This document shows, piece by piece, positions 48,900 to 58,297 of a stretch of 64,000 nucleotides of DNA (position 1 is the stretch's first letter; every line of letters begins with the position of its first letter). A program made the position numbers and the translations under genes. The notes beneath the pieces were generated by a model, which was not told where the DNA came from, ran no database searches, and was given only the letters and a program-made list of their open reading frames with translations. This DNA comes from an uncultured Pelagibacteraceae bacterium (GTDB lineage Bacteria; Pseudomonadota; Alphaproteobacteria; Pelagibacterales; Pelagibacteraceae): assembly GCA_902536975.1 (NCBI GenBank), contig CACAZG010000001.1, positions 3,802-67,801 of the forward strand. The letters are read 5' to 3'.

Positions 48900-49333
48900 A
48901 TATTAAATTTAATGGAAAAGAATTTTTGCTATCCTGTGAAGATGGACAAGAGGAACATTTAGAGCAATTATCTCTATATTTGAATAGTAAGTTTAGTGAT
49001 CTAAAAAAATCTTTAGGAAATATAGGGGAAAGCAAACTATTGTTGATTACTTCAATTTCTATTTTAGATGAATACTATGAAACCAAGAACAAAACCGATT
49101 TGCACAAAAAAGAAATTAGTAAAATCACTGAAAGGTTTAAAGAACTTAAATCGCTAGTCTATGATTATAGAGATTTAAAAGAAAAAGAGATTTCAGAATT
49201 AAGTAAAAACCAAAATGATCTTAAGAATGAAATTGAGGCTAATCGAAATGACTATGAAAGCCTAGTTGATAAAACTACTATTGAATTAGAAAATTTCATC
49301 AAAAAAATTGATCCAGACACTAAGGCTATATAA
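48887..49333 (+). CDS. zapA: Cell division protein ZapA
   Basis: [31 protein letters not shown]....ILDE. Confidence 0.88.
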   Translation: MANVNIKFNGKEFLLSCEDGQEEHLEQLSLYLNSKFSDLKKSLGNIGESKLLLITSISILDEYYETKNKTDLHKKEISKITERFKELKSLVYDYRDLKEKEISELSKNQNDLKNEIEANRNDYESLVDKTTIELENFIKKIDPDTKAI

Positions 49334-49338
49334 CTAAA

Positions 49339-49884
49339 TTGTCTAAAAAAATTTTAAGAAAAAAATTGATTAATTTAAGAGAGAATAATTTTATAGATAA
49401 AGGCATTGACTTTGGTGAATTTAAAAAAATTTTAAAAAGATTTAATTTTAAAGATACTATAAACATTGGTGGTTATTACCCAATCAATAATGAGATTAGT
49501 TGTTTGGATATTTTGACAAATTTAGAAAAAAAAAACTACAAAATATCTTTACCTATCACTAAAAAAAATAATAATATGGATTTTTATGAGTGGTCTTTTC
49601 AAGATCCACTAAAAGTAAGCAGACAAGGTATTCCTGAGCCTGACAAAAAAAAAAAAGTCATTCCCGATGTCCTGATTGTTCCATTAGTTGGATTTGATAA
49701 GAATAAATTTAGGTTAGGTTATGGTGGAGGATTTTATGATAGGTATATATCCAAATCTTTAAATTTTAAAAAAATTTTAACAATTGGTTTTGCCTTTTCT
49801 TTTCAAGAAATTGCAAAAATTCCTATAAATAAATTTGATCAAAAATTAGATATAATTTTAACAAATAAAAGAATTATAAAATGA
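49339..49884 (+). CDS. ygfA: 5-formyltetrahydrofolate cyclo-ligase
   Basis: GIPEP, PDVLIVPLVGFD, RLGYGGGFYDR, DQKLD. Confidence 0.94.
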   Translation: MSKKILRKKLINLRENNFIDKGIDFGEFKKILKRFNFKDTINIGGYYPINNEISCLDILTNLEKKNYKISLPITKKNNNMDFYEWSFQDPLKVSRQGIPEPDKKKKVIPDVLIVPLVGFDKNKFRLGYGGGFYDRYISKSLNFKKILTIGFAFSFQEIAKIPINKFDQKLDIILTNKRIIK

Positions 49885-50687
49885 ATATTTTGTTTTTAGG
49901 AGATATTGTTGGAAATAGTGGTTGTAGTGCAGTAAAAAATTTATTACCTAATATTATAAAATCAAATAAGATAAATTTTGTTGTTGTAAATGGTGAAAAT
50001 GCAGCAAAAGAGGGTGTTGGCATCACTGAGAATATTGTAAATGAATTATTAAGCTGTGGAATTGATGTTATTACAACCGGTAATCATGTATGGGACCAAA
50101 AAGAAACATTGGAATTTATAAAAAACGAAAAAAGACTATTAAGGCCAATCAATTTATCAAATGATGCTCCAGGTAATGGTTTTGGAATTTATGAGTCAAT
50201 TGGAGGTTACAAAGTTGGTGTTCTAAATCTAATGGGAAATGTCTTTATGAAAAAATGTGATGATGTATTTATCAAAAGTAGAGAATTTTTAAATAAAAAT
50301 ACACTTAAAGACGAATATGACTTTCTTATAGTTGATCTTCATGCTGAGATTACAAGTGAAAAGATGGCAATTGGTCATGTATTTGATGGCTATGCTACAT
50401 TCGTGGTAGGTACTCACACTCATGTGCCTACAAACGATGGTAGAATACTCAAAAAGGGAACTGCATATTTAACAGATGCAGGAATGTGTGGTGATTATAA
50501 CTCAGTTATTGGCATGAATGCTGAAAATTCAATTAATAGATTTTACAAAAAATCATCTGTAAAACATTTCCCTGCAGAAGGAGAAGCCTCACTTTGTGGA
50601 GCAATTATTGAGGCTAACCCGAAAAATGGTTTAGCACTAAATATAAGTCAGTTTATATTTGGTGGTGAACTTCAGAAAGATAATTAA
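49881..50687 (+). CDS. ymdB: YmdB-like metallophosphoesterase
   Basis: LGDIVG, NGENAA, TTGNHVWD, DLHAEITSEK, VGTHTHVPT, TDAGMCG. Confidence 0.92.
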   Translation: MNILFLGDIVGNSGCSAVKNLLPNIIKSNKINFVVVNGENAAKEGVGITENIVNELLSCGIDVITTGNHVWDQKETLEFIKNEKRLLRPINLSNDAPGNGFGIYESIGGYKVGVLNLMGNVFMKKCDDVFIKSREFLNKNTLKDEYDFLIVDLHAEITSEKMAIGHVFDGYATFVVGTHTHVPTNDGRILKKGTAYLTDAGMCGDYNSVIGMNAENSINRFYKKSSVKHFPAEGEASLCGAIIEANPKNGLALNISQFIFGGELQKDN

Positions 50688-50690
50688 ATT

Positions 50691-51404
50691 ATGGCTGGTC
50701 ATTCTCACTGGGCAGGAATTAAACACAAAAAGGGAAAAATAGACAAACAAAGATCTGCGATATTTTCAAAACTATCTAGAGAAATTACAGTTGCTGCAAA
50801 ACTTGGAGATAAAAATCCAGACATGAATTCAAGATTAAGATCGGCAATTCAAGCGGCAAGATCTGCAAACATGCCAAAAGAAAATATAGAAAGAGCTATC
50901 GATAAATCATCAATATCTGCAGATTCTAACTTTGAAAATATTAGATATGAGGGATTTGGACCTGCTAAAACAGCGGTGGTTGTGATAACTTTAACTGATA
51001 ATAAGAATAGAACTGCTTCAAACATAAGAACAATTTTTCAAAAACATGGAGGAGGACTTGGAACTCAAGGATCTGCATCACATAATTTTAGCCAAAAAGG
51101 AATTATAAAAATTAATAAACAGGAAATGGATGAGGAAAAAATCTTCAGTTTAGCAACTGATGCTGGTGCTAGTGATTGTATATTTCATAAGGATTTTTAT
51201 GAAGTCCAAACAAATAAAGATGAGATTTACGATGTAAAAAATAAAATGGAAAAAGAAATTTCCAATTTTATATCTACTGAAATCGAGTGGGTCCCATTGA
51301 CTAAAATAAATTTAAACAAAGATGATAAAGAAAAAATGATTAAATTTTTAGAAATTTTAGAAGAGGATGATGATGTGCAAAATATTTTCACAAATGCGGA
51401 ATGA
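50691..51404 (+). CDS. yebC: YebC/PmpR family protein
   Basis: MAGHSHWAGIKHKK, NMPKENIERAI, YEGFGP, TDNKNRT, DDDVQNIF. Confidence 0.95.
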   Translation: MAGHSHWAGIKHKKGKIDKQRSAIFSKLSREITVAAKLGDKNPDMNSRLRSAIQAARSANMPKENIERAIDKSSISADSNFENIRYEGFGPAKTAVVVITLTDNKNRTASNIRTIFQKHGGGLGTQGSASHNFSQKGIIKINKQEMDEEKIFSLATDAGASDCIFHKDFYEVQTNKDEIYDVKNKMEKEISNFISTEIEWVPLTKINLNKDDKEKMIKFLEILEEDDDVQNIFTNAE

Positions 51405-51413
51405 TTTAATTTA

Positions 51414-51902
51414 ATGCTAATAATTGGTATAGACCCTGGAATAACTGGTGCAATTTGTTTTTTTGAAAATGGAGAAATAAAAGACGTGATTGATATGCCA
51501 ACAATGGCATCGGGTAATAAAAATAAAAAACAGATTAATGGTAGTCAAATCTTTAATGAAATATCTTTAAGAGTCCAAAATTATAAATCTGAAAACATCA
51601 ATGTAGTAGTAGAGCAAGTTTCTGCTATGCCTGGACAAGGGGTTACAAGTATGTTTAATTTTGGTCAGTCATTTGGTGTTATTAAAGGCGTATGCGCTGC
51701 AATGCAGTTACCAATTTACTTTGTAAGGCCATCTAAATGGAAAAAATACTTTAACTTAATTAATTCTCAAAAAGATTCGAGTAGAGTAAAAGCTATAGAG
51801 ATGTTTCCGAAGTTTTCACCAATGTTATCACGAAAAAAAGACTCAAATAAAGCAGATGCTATATTAATTGCTAATTATCATCTAAATAATCAAAAAAAAT
51901 AA
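51414..51902 (+). CDS. RuvC-fold Holliday junction resolvase of MOC1/phage type
   Basis: IGIDPG, VVEQV, GQGVTSMFNFG, PSKWKK, KDSSR, FP...LSRKKDSNKADAILIA. Confidence 0.8.
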   Translation: MLIIGIDPGITGAICFFENGEIKDVIDMPTMASGNKNKKQINGSQIFNEISLRVQNYKSENINVVVEQVSAMPGQGVTSMFNFGQSFGVIKGVCAAMQLPIYFVRPSKWKKYFNLINSQKDSSRVKAIEMFPKFSPMLSRKKDSNKADAILIANYHLNNQKK

Positions 51903-51959
51903 ACTTAAGTCTAGTTTTATAGTCAAATTCATGACACATTTTAGTGTGAAATCAACTAA

Positions 51960-52634
51960 ATGGATGCAGATATAACTTCTCAAGCAGTTGGCCTTGCAAG
52001 CAATACAGACTTTTCAATCTTAAGTTTATTTTTAAGAGCAGATTTTGTTGTTAAATCTGTGATTATAATTTTAATTGCTAGTTCAATTTATTCTTGGGCA
52101 ATAATATTTGATAAGATTGCGATGTTCAGGAAAATAAATAAAGACTCCGAAGATTTTGAGGAAAAGTTTTGGAAGTCTAAGTCTGCAGAAACATTTTATA
52201 ATAGTTTACCTTCATCATTAGACAATCCTATGGCTCAATTATTTAGAGACTCAATGCAAGCTGTCATGAAATCAAGATCGAAAACTAATTTAAGCCAAAG
52301 ACTCGAAAATATATTAGAGGTAAATATCGAAAAGCAAATGAATATTGTTAATAACAAATTCACTTTTCTTGCAACGGTAGGTTCGACAGCTCCATTTATT
52401 GGTTTATTTGGTACAGTTTGGGGTATTATGAATTCTTTTCAATCAATTGCTATATCAAGAAACACAAGTTTAGCAATTGTTGCACCAGGAATTGCTGAGG
52501 CATTATTTGCAACTGCATTGGGATTGCTTGCTGCAATACCTGCGGTAATTGCATACAATAAATTTGGGAATGACTCTAAAAAATATTTGCAAAAATTAGA
52601 AAATTTTTCAAAAAGATTTATTTCAATTATTTAA
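51960..52634 (+). CDS. tolQ: TolQ
   Basis: LATVGSTAPFIGLFGTVWGIMNSF, APGIAEALFATALGL. Confidence 0.95.
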   Translation: MDADITSQAVGLASNTDFSILSLFLRADFVVKSVIIILIASSIYSWAIIFDKIAMFRKINKDSEDFEEKFWKSKSAETFYNSLPSSLDNPMAQLFRDSMQAVMKSRSKTNLSQRLENILEVNIEKQMNIVNNKFTFLATVGSTAPFIGLFGTVWGIMNSFQSIAISRNTSLAIVAPGIAEALFATALGLLAAIPAVIAYNKFGNDSKKYLQKLENFSKRFISII

Positions 52635-52635
52635 T

Positions 52636-53052
52636 ATGGCATTTAACTTAAAGCGTTCAGAAAGAGAACCAATGAGTGAAATAAATGTAACTCCCTTTGT
52701 GGATGTCATGCTTGTTCTTCTGATTATTTTTATGGTTACAGCACCGCTTCTTACTGTTGGGGTGCAAGTTGACTTACCTGAAACATCAGCCGATACATTA
52801 CCTGAGGAAAGTGAACCACTTACACTAACTATAAATTCAAAGGGTGAAGTTTTTATCCAAGAAACAAAAATTGAATTTGATAATTTAATAAAAAAAATTC
52901 TGGCAGTATCCAATAACAGAACAGATACAAGAATATATGTAAGAGGAGATAAAACTATAAACTATGGAAGAGTATTAGAAGTAATGGGTAAACTTTCAGG
53001 TTCAGGCTTTACTAAAGTTGCATTGATTTCAGAGCCATATAAAGAGAGATAA
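52636..53052 (+). CDS. tolR: TolR
   Basis: MSEINVTPFVDVMLVLLIIFMVTAP, VRGDK..NYG. Confidence 0.95.
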   Translation: MAFNLKRSEREPMSEINVTPFVDVMLVLLIIFMVTAPLLTVGVQVDLPETSADTLPEESEPLTLTINSKGEVFIQETKIEFDNLIKKILAVSNNRTDTRIYVRGDKTINYGRVLEVMGKLSGSGFTKVALISEPYKER

Positions 53053-53054
53053 AT

Positions 53055-54122
53055 TTGTTTAATAAATTTGCATTTAGTGGGGTTCCAAATGAATTTAGTA
53101 ATTTTTCGTTTGGCATGTTGTTTTCAATTATTTTTCATGGATCAATATTTGTAGCAACAATTTTTGCACTTCCTTTTGTTGCAAAGAAACCTATAGAATT
53201 ACTTCCAAGTATCTCGGTTGAATTAATTCAAATTTCTGACCAAATGAATATTCCATATGCACCTAAGGCAGCTAAAATCATTGAAAAAGTAAAAAAAGAT
53301 AACAAGAAGTTACTTTCAGAACAAGCGCCTCCTAAAGAAGTAAAACAAGAAATTAAAAAGCAAGTAAAGTTTGATAATCAAAAAGATGAAGTAGATCTAT
53401 CAAAATCTAAAAAAGTTCCTGTTCCTGAAAAAAAGCAAGATCAAATTAAAATAGACAAATCTAAGGCAATTCCGTTGCCTGACAAAAAAATAGAAAAAAT
53501 TGAAACAAAGCAAGAAAATGAGCAACAACCATCTAAGGAAATTACAAAAACAGTTATTGAGAAAGAAAAGAAAAAAAAAATTGAAAAGGAAATTGAAAAA
53601 GATTTGATAATTAAAGAATTCGTTAAAAAGATAAAACCAATTAAAGAGGATAAAGCAATCCAGTCTTCTGAATATGAAAAAAAAGAATTAGATGTAGACT
53701 TAATTAAGGGTCTAATTGCAAAGCAATATGAAAATATTGGAGAAGTAAAAAAAAAAACTGATGGAATTACTCAATCAGAGGATAAATCAATGAGATTAAC
53801 TAAATTATCTGTTACTACTGAGTACTCTATTCAGATGCAGTATAAAGATTGCTGGTCTCCTCCGATGGGAGCAGAATATAAAAAAAATAATTATTTAGTT
53901 ACAGTAAAACTTGAACTAGAAAAAAATGGCAGGGTAAAAAGTAGAGAAATTTTGGAAAGAAATAGAATGGGCACAGATGGGAAATATAGAATCTTTGCAG
54001 AAGCAGTTGATCGAGCAGTATTAAAGTGTAATCCTATTAAAAATCTTCCAACTAAAACTTATGAAAATTGGAGTACTATGATATTAAGGTTTAATCCTGA
54101 GGGGATGATGGTTGGAGAATGA
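53055..54122 (+). CDS. tolA: TolA
   Basis: TM with SIIFH motif, long K/E/P-rich linker, C-terminal CW.PP...C.P...P...Y..W...F.P domain. Confidence 0.85.
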   Translation: MFNKFAFSGVPNEFSNFSFGMLFSIIFHGSIFVATIFALPFVAKKPIELLPSISVELIQISDQMNIPYAPKAAKIIEKVKKDNKKLLSEQAPPKEVKQEIKKQVKFDNQKDEVDLSKSKKVPVPEKKQDQIKIDKSKAIPLPDKKIEKIETKQENEQQPSKEITKTVIEKEKKKKIEKEIEKDLIIKEFVKKIKPIKEDKAIQSSEYEKKELDVDLIKGLIAKQYENIGEVKKKTDGITQSEDKSMRLTKLSVTTEYSIQMQYKDCWSPPMGAEYKKNNYLVTVKLELEKNGRVKSREILERNRMGTDGKYRIFAEAVDRAVLKCNPIKNLPTKTYENWSTMILRFNPEGMMVGE

Positions 54123-55483
54123 AAAAAAATTTATTTTTAATATTTCTTATTTATTCTATTTTAAAACCAAGTATTGGTTTTTCTCTTGTAGAAATTGATA
54201 TTACCAGAGGTAATCTTGATCCAATGCCTATTTCAGTGTCACCTTTTTTTACAAATAACGAGTCTAACAATAAAATTAAAAATATTCTTGATATTGAAAA
54301 TTTAGGTTCAGAAATATCAAAAGTAATTGAAAATAATTTAGTGAAGACTGGTTTATTTGATGCAATAGAAAAAGAAGCATTTTTACAAAAACCTGATATT
54401 GCACATTTAAAACCAAGGTTTGAAGATTGGGCTTTAATTAAATCTCAAGTTTTAATAACAGGCAAAGTCACACATAAAATAATTAATGAGAAAGACTACA
54501 TAAATGTAGAGTTTAAGCTTTGGGATGTGTTAGGTGCAAAGATGGTCGATGGTTTTTCTCTTACAACAACACCGCGTTCTTGGAGAAGAGTTGGACATAA
54601 AATTTCAGACAAGGTATATGAACGATTAACTGGTGAAAGTGGTTATTTTGATACTAGAATAATATATGTATCTGAAGAGGGACCAAAAACACAGAGAGTT
54701 AAAAAATTAGCTTTAATGGATCAAGATGGTTTTAATACTAAGTATATAACATTAGGAAATGAATTGGTGTTAACTCCAAGATTTAATCCAGCTGATGACA
54801 AAATCATAACTTACATGTCCTATTTTAGAAATATGCCTAGAGTTTATATTGTAAACTTACAAACAGGCGAGCAAAAAGTTGTAGGTGATTTTAGAGGAAT
54901 GACATTTGCACCAAGATTCTCTCCCGATGGAAAAAAATTAATTATGAGTTTAGCAAAAGATGGTAATTCAGAAATTTGGGTTAGAGATCTAGAGACAAAT
55001 ATTCAGGAAAAATTAACCGATCATCCTTCAATTGATACTTCTCCATCGTACTCACCAGATGGAAAATTTATCACATTTAACTCTGACAGAAGTGGTTATC
55101 AGCAAATTTATGTCATGAAAAGTGATGGATCAAATGTTAAGAGAATATCATTTGGCAAAGGCATTTATGGTACACCAGTCTGGTCACCTAGAGGTGATTT
55201 AATAGCATTTACAAAACTTCATAAAGGAAAATTTTTCATTGGAGTTATGAGAACTGATGGAACTGGAGAGAGATTACTTACCGAGAACTTCTATCAAGAG
55301 GCACCATCATGGTCTCCAAATGGGAGAATAATCATTTTTTACAGAGAAACAAAATCTGATAATGAAGGTCAGGGATTTTCTGCAAAATTATGGTCTATTG
55401 ATTTAACTGGATACAACGAGAGGTTGGTAAAAACAGAGACAGATGCTTCTGACCCATCATGGTCTTCTTTGTTAGGAAATTAA
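54119..55483 (+). CDS. tolB: TolB
   Basis: LTGESGYFDTRI, MDQDG, repeated P.FSPDG/WSP beta-propeller motifs. Confidence 0.96.
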   Translation: MKKNLFLIFLIYSILKPSIGFSLVEIDITRGNLDPMPISVSPFFTNNESNNKIKNILDIENLGSEISKVIENNLVKTGLFDAIEKEAFLQKPDIAHLKPRFEDWALIKSQVLITGKVTHKIINEKDYINVEFKLWDVLGAKMVDGFSLTTTPRSWRRVGHKISDKVYERLTGESGYFDTRIIYVSEEGPKTQRVKKLALMDQDGFNTKYITLGNELVLTPRFNPADDKIITYMSYFRNMPRVYIVNLQTGEQKVVGDFRGMTFAPRFSPDGKKLIMSLAKDGNSEIWVRDLETNIQEKLTDHPSIDTSPSYSPDGKFITFNSDRSGYQQIYVMKSDGSNVKRISFGKGIYGTPVWSPRGDLIAFTKLHKGKFFIGVMRTDGTGERLLTENFYQEAPSWSPNGRIIIFYRETKSDNEGQGFSAKLWSIDLTGYNERLVKTETDASDPSWSSLLGN

Positions 55484-55578
55484 AGAAAAATCAAGTATTT
55501 GCTAAATTAGGTTGATTTTTGTAGACAAAACATCTAATTACATGGTTAAGTTCACAATATTCTATTTAAGGAGCAAAA

Positions 55579-56130
55579 ATGAATCTAAACAAAATTTTAA
55601 AAAATGCATTTCTTGTTGTTATGTTTGGTCTAATCGTAACCGCATGCGCAACTAAGAAATCTGTTACAACAGATTCAACAACAAGCACTACTACTAAAGC
55701 AGCTGAGACACAAAAAGCAGATCCGATTGAAAAATTGGATGCGTTAATGCAAGGAGATGTTTATATAGGCTCTGATACTGTTGGAGAGCTTGCAAGTGGA
55801 GTTCCAGACAGAGTATTCTTTGCAACTAATGAAATTATATTGACCACAGCTTCTAGAGAAACTTTAAGAAAGCAAGCAGCTTGGTTAAGGCAGAACTCTG
55901 ATGTAACTGTTGTAGTTGAAGGCCATGCAGACGAGAGAGGTACAAGAGAATATAATTTAGCTTTAGGTGAGAGAAGAGCAAATGCTGCAAAAGACTATTT
56001 AATGACTTATGGTGTTTCGTCTGATCGAATTAAAGTGTTAAGTTATGGAAAAGAGAGACCTGTAGACTCAGGATCAAATCCACTTTCGTGGTCAAAAAAT
56101 AGAAGATCTGTAACAGTTAAAGCAAATTAA
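55579..56130 (+). CDS. pal: Peptidoglycan-associated lipoprotein Pal
   Basis: Lipobox VTAC, EGHADERGTREYNLALGERRA, SYGKERP, NRR. Confidence 0.96.
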   Translation: MNLNKILKNAFLVVMFGLIVTACATKKSVTTDSTTSTTTKAAETQKADPIEKLDALMQGDVYIGSDTVGELASGVPDRVFFATNEIILTTASRETLRKQAAWLRQNSDVTVVVEGHADERGTREYNLALGERRANAAKDYLMTYGVSSDRIKVLSYGKERPVDSGSNPLSWSKNRRSVTVKAN

Positions 56131-56142
56131 GATTACATATTT

Positions 56143-56178
56143 AAGACCCTAGCAATATAAAGTTAGGGTCTTCTTTTT
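56143..56178 (+). terminator. Intrinsic terminator after pal
   Basis: AAGACCCTAGC-N8-GTTAGGGTCTT stem followed by CTTTTT. Confidence 0.8.
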
Positions 56179-56205
56179 GCCATTATTATAAATAGAAATA
56201 TAATT

Positions 56206-57225
56206 ATGAGATTTTTAATTAAGTTAATTTTACTTAACTTTATTTCCTTTTTATTTTTTTCAGCTAATTTATCATTCTCTCAAGATCAAGATGTAAGAGA
56301 AATTTTAGAAAATATTCAAAAAGATCTTAGAACTTTAGAAAGAGCAGTATACTCACAATCATTTTCTGAGAGTGCTGATACAAATGTAAACCAGAGAGCA
56401 TCAACTAAAGAAGCTGAGCAAGCTTTAACGAAACATTTATTAAAGTTAAGTGATATTGAAATGCAATTTCAAGAATTAACAAACAAATTTGAACAAATTA
56501 ATTTTAAGATAGATAAACTTTCTAGTGAGCTATCCAAAGTGCAGCAAGATAATCAATTAAGATTTGAACAAATCGAGCAAAATTCAATTTTAAACACTGA
56601 TAATAATTCTCTTACTTCAATAACTAAAAAAGATGAAATCTTTTCAAACCAGGAAACAAAACAAAAAAATATATTACCTGGATCATCAGAGCCTCAATCT
56701 TTAGGTGAAATTTCGTACAAAGACATGACTACAACTGATAGTTCACAGGTAATAGAAACTGTAGAACAAACAGAAGCAATAATTTCTGAAGTTTTTAATG
56801 CCGAAGAAAAATTGTTACCAGATGCAAGTCCAAAAGAGCAGTATCAATTTGCAAGAAATTTTTTAAAGGTTGGGGATTATGTTAATGCAGAAAAAGCATT
56901 TAGAGAATTCGTTTTAACTAATCCTGATAATGAATTATCAGGTAATGCACAGTATTGGTATGCTGAAACGTATAGAATAAGACAAATGTATACTGATGCT
57001 GCAACTGCTTATTTGGAAGGATATCAAAAATATCCAAAAAGTAAAATTGCTCCTGAGAATCTATTAAAACTAGGAGTAGCGTTGGTTCAGATGGGAGAAA
57101 AAGATCAAGGATGCTTGATGATAGCAGGAGTTAAAAAACAGTACCCAGATGCAACTCAATCTGTACTTCAAAAGGCCAAGTATTATGAAGAAAAAGAATT
57201 TGAGTGCAAAAAAGAAAATTCATAA
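56206..57225 (+). CDS. cpoB: CpoB/YbgF TPR protein
   Basis: Signal peptide, coiled coil, TPR with GNAQYWYAETY, APENLLKLG; follows pal. Confidence 0.88.
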   Translation: MRFLIKLILLNFISFLFFSANLSFSQDQDVREILENIQKDLRTLERAVYSQSFSESADTNVNQRASTKEAEQALTKHLLKLSDIEMQFQELTNKFEQINFKIDKLSSELSKVQQDNQLRFEQIEQNSILNTDNNSLTSITKKDEIFSNQETKQKNILPGSSEPQSLGEISYKDMTTTDSSQVIETVEQTEAIISEVFNAEEKLLPDASPKEQYQFARNFLKVGDYVNAEKAFREFVLTNPDNELSGNAQYWYAETYRIRQMYTDAATAYLEGYQKYPKSKIAPENLLKLGVALVQMGEKDQGCLMIAGVKKQYPDATQSVLQKAKYYEEKEFECKKENS

Positions 57226-58237
57226 TTTTTATTTTAAAAAACTAACTAATCCGAGAATTAAAAAAGTTTATTTAAATTTTAAAAAAAAACTTTCGGGCCA
57301 TATATCAAATAGTTTTTGTGTAGCTGTTTCCGGAGGAGCAGACAGCATGGCACTAGCATTTTTAGCTAAATGTTATTCTATAGAGAATAAAAAAAAAATT
57401 TACTTTTTTATTGTAGATCATAAATTGAGAAAAAATTCGACCCTTGAAGCAAAGTTGGTGAAGACAAAACTCAAAATATTTAGTATTACAACTGATATAC
57501 TTACAATTAGAAATGCAAAAAAAATCTCAAATTTGCAATCATTTGCGAGAGAAAATAGATATAAACTAATTATCAATAAAAGCATAAATAAAAAAATAGA
57601 GACTATTTTAACTGCTCATCACAAAGATGATTTATTGGAAAATTTTTTTATAAGATTATTGAGAGGCTCAGGCTTAAAGGGTCTAAGTTCATTTGGAAAT
57701 ATAAAATCGAAAATAAAATTTGATGATAAAATTTCCATTGTAAGACCATTGCTTGATATATCCAAAAATGATCTAAAATATATATCAAAGAATACTTTTA
57801 ACTTTAAAATAGATGATCCATCTAATTATGACGAAAACTTTTTGAGAGTTAAAGTAAGGAAATTAATCTCAAAATTAGAAAATGATGGCTTATCTTTTGA
57901 AAAATTTAAAAAAACTCTCAACAATTTGAACAAAAGTAACTTTGCGCTAGAATACTTCGTGAAAAAAAATATCAATGATAATTCAAGTTTATTATCATTG
58001 AATAACAGTGTGATTTTAAATGAAAATTTTCTTAAACAACCTAGTGAGATTGTTTTTAGGTCATTTTCTGAAGTAATTCAAAGAGTGGGTAAAAAAAATT
58101 CCTATTCTAGAGGTTCCAAAGTTGAAAATTTAATAAATTATTTAAGGTCAAGTAAAAACGTTAAAAAAATAACACTTTCAGGATGTATAATTCAAAAATT
58201 TGAAAAAACCGTCGTTATTTCCCCAGAAATTAAGTAA
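57185..58237 (+). CDS. tilS: tRNA(Ile)-lysidine synthetase (start uncertain)
   Basis: AVSGGADSMAL, VDHKLR, ARENRY, TAHHKDD, RGSGLKGL, RPLL, DDPSN. Confidence 0.93.
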   Translation: MKKKNLSAKKKIHNFYFKKLTNPRIKKVYLNFKKKLSGHISNSFCVAVSGGADSMALAFLAKCYSIENKKKIYFFIVDHKLRKNSTLEAKLVKTKLKIFSITTDILTIRNAKKISNLQSFARENRYKLIINKSINKKIETILTAHHKDDLLENFFIRLLRGSGLKGLSSFGNIKSKIKFDDKISIVRPLLDISKNDLKYISKNTFNFKIDDPSNYDENFLRVKVRKLISKLENDGLSFEKFKKTLNNLNKSNFALEYFVKKNINDNSSLLSLNNSVILNENFLKQPSEIVFRSFSEVIQRVGKKNSYSRGSKVENLINYLRSSKNVKKITLSGCIIQKFEKTVVISPEIK

Positions 58238-58297
58238 AATATTTACAAATTGGCACAAATTGGCACTTGTTAAACTCATAATAATTCTTAATTTATA

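Noticed and set aside
51930-51952. Weak palindrome (CACA-N6-TGTG) upstream of tolQ
   Set aside because: Only 4-bp arms; not distinguishable from chance without comparative data.
58250-58266. Sigma54 promoter (TGGCAC) upstream of ftsH
   Set aside because: The GG-to-GC spacing is 9 nt rather than the required 10, and the second copy lacks a -12 GC.
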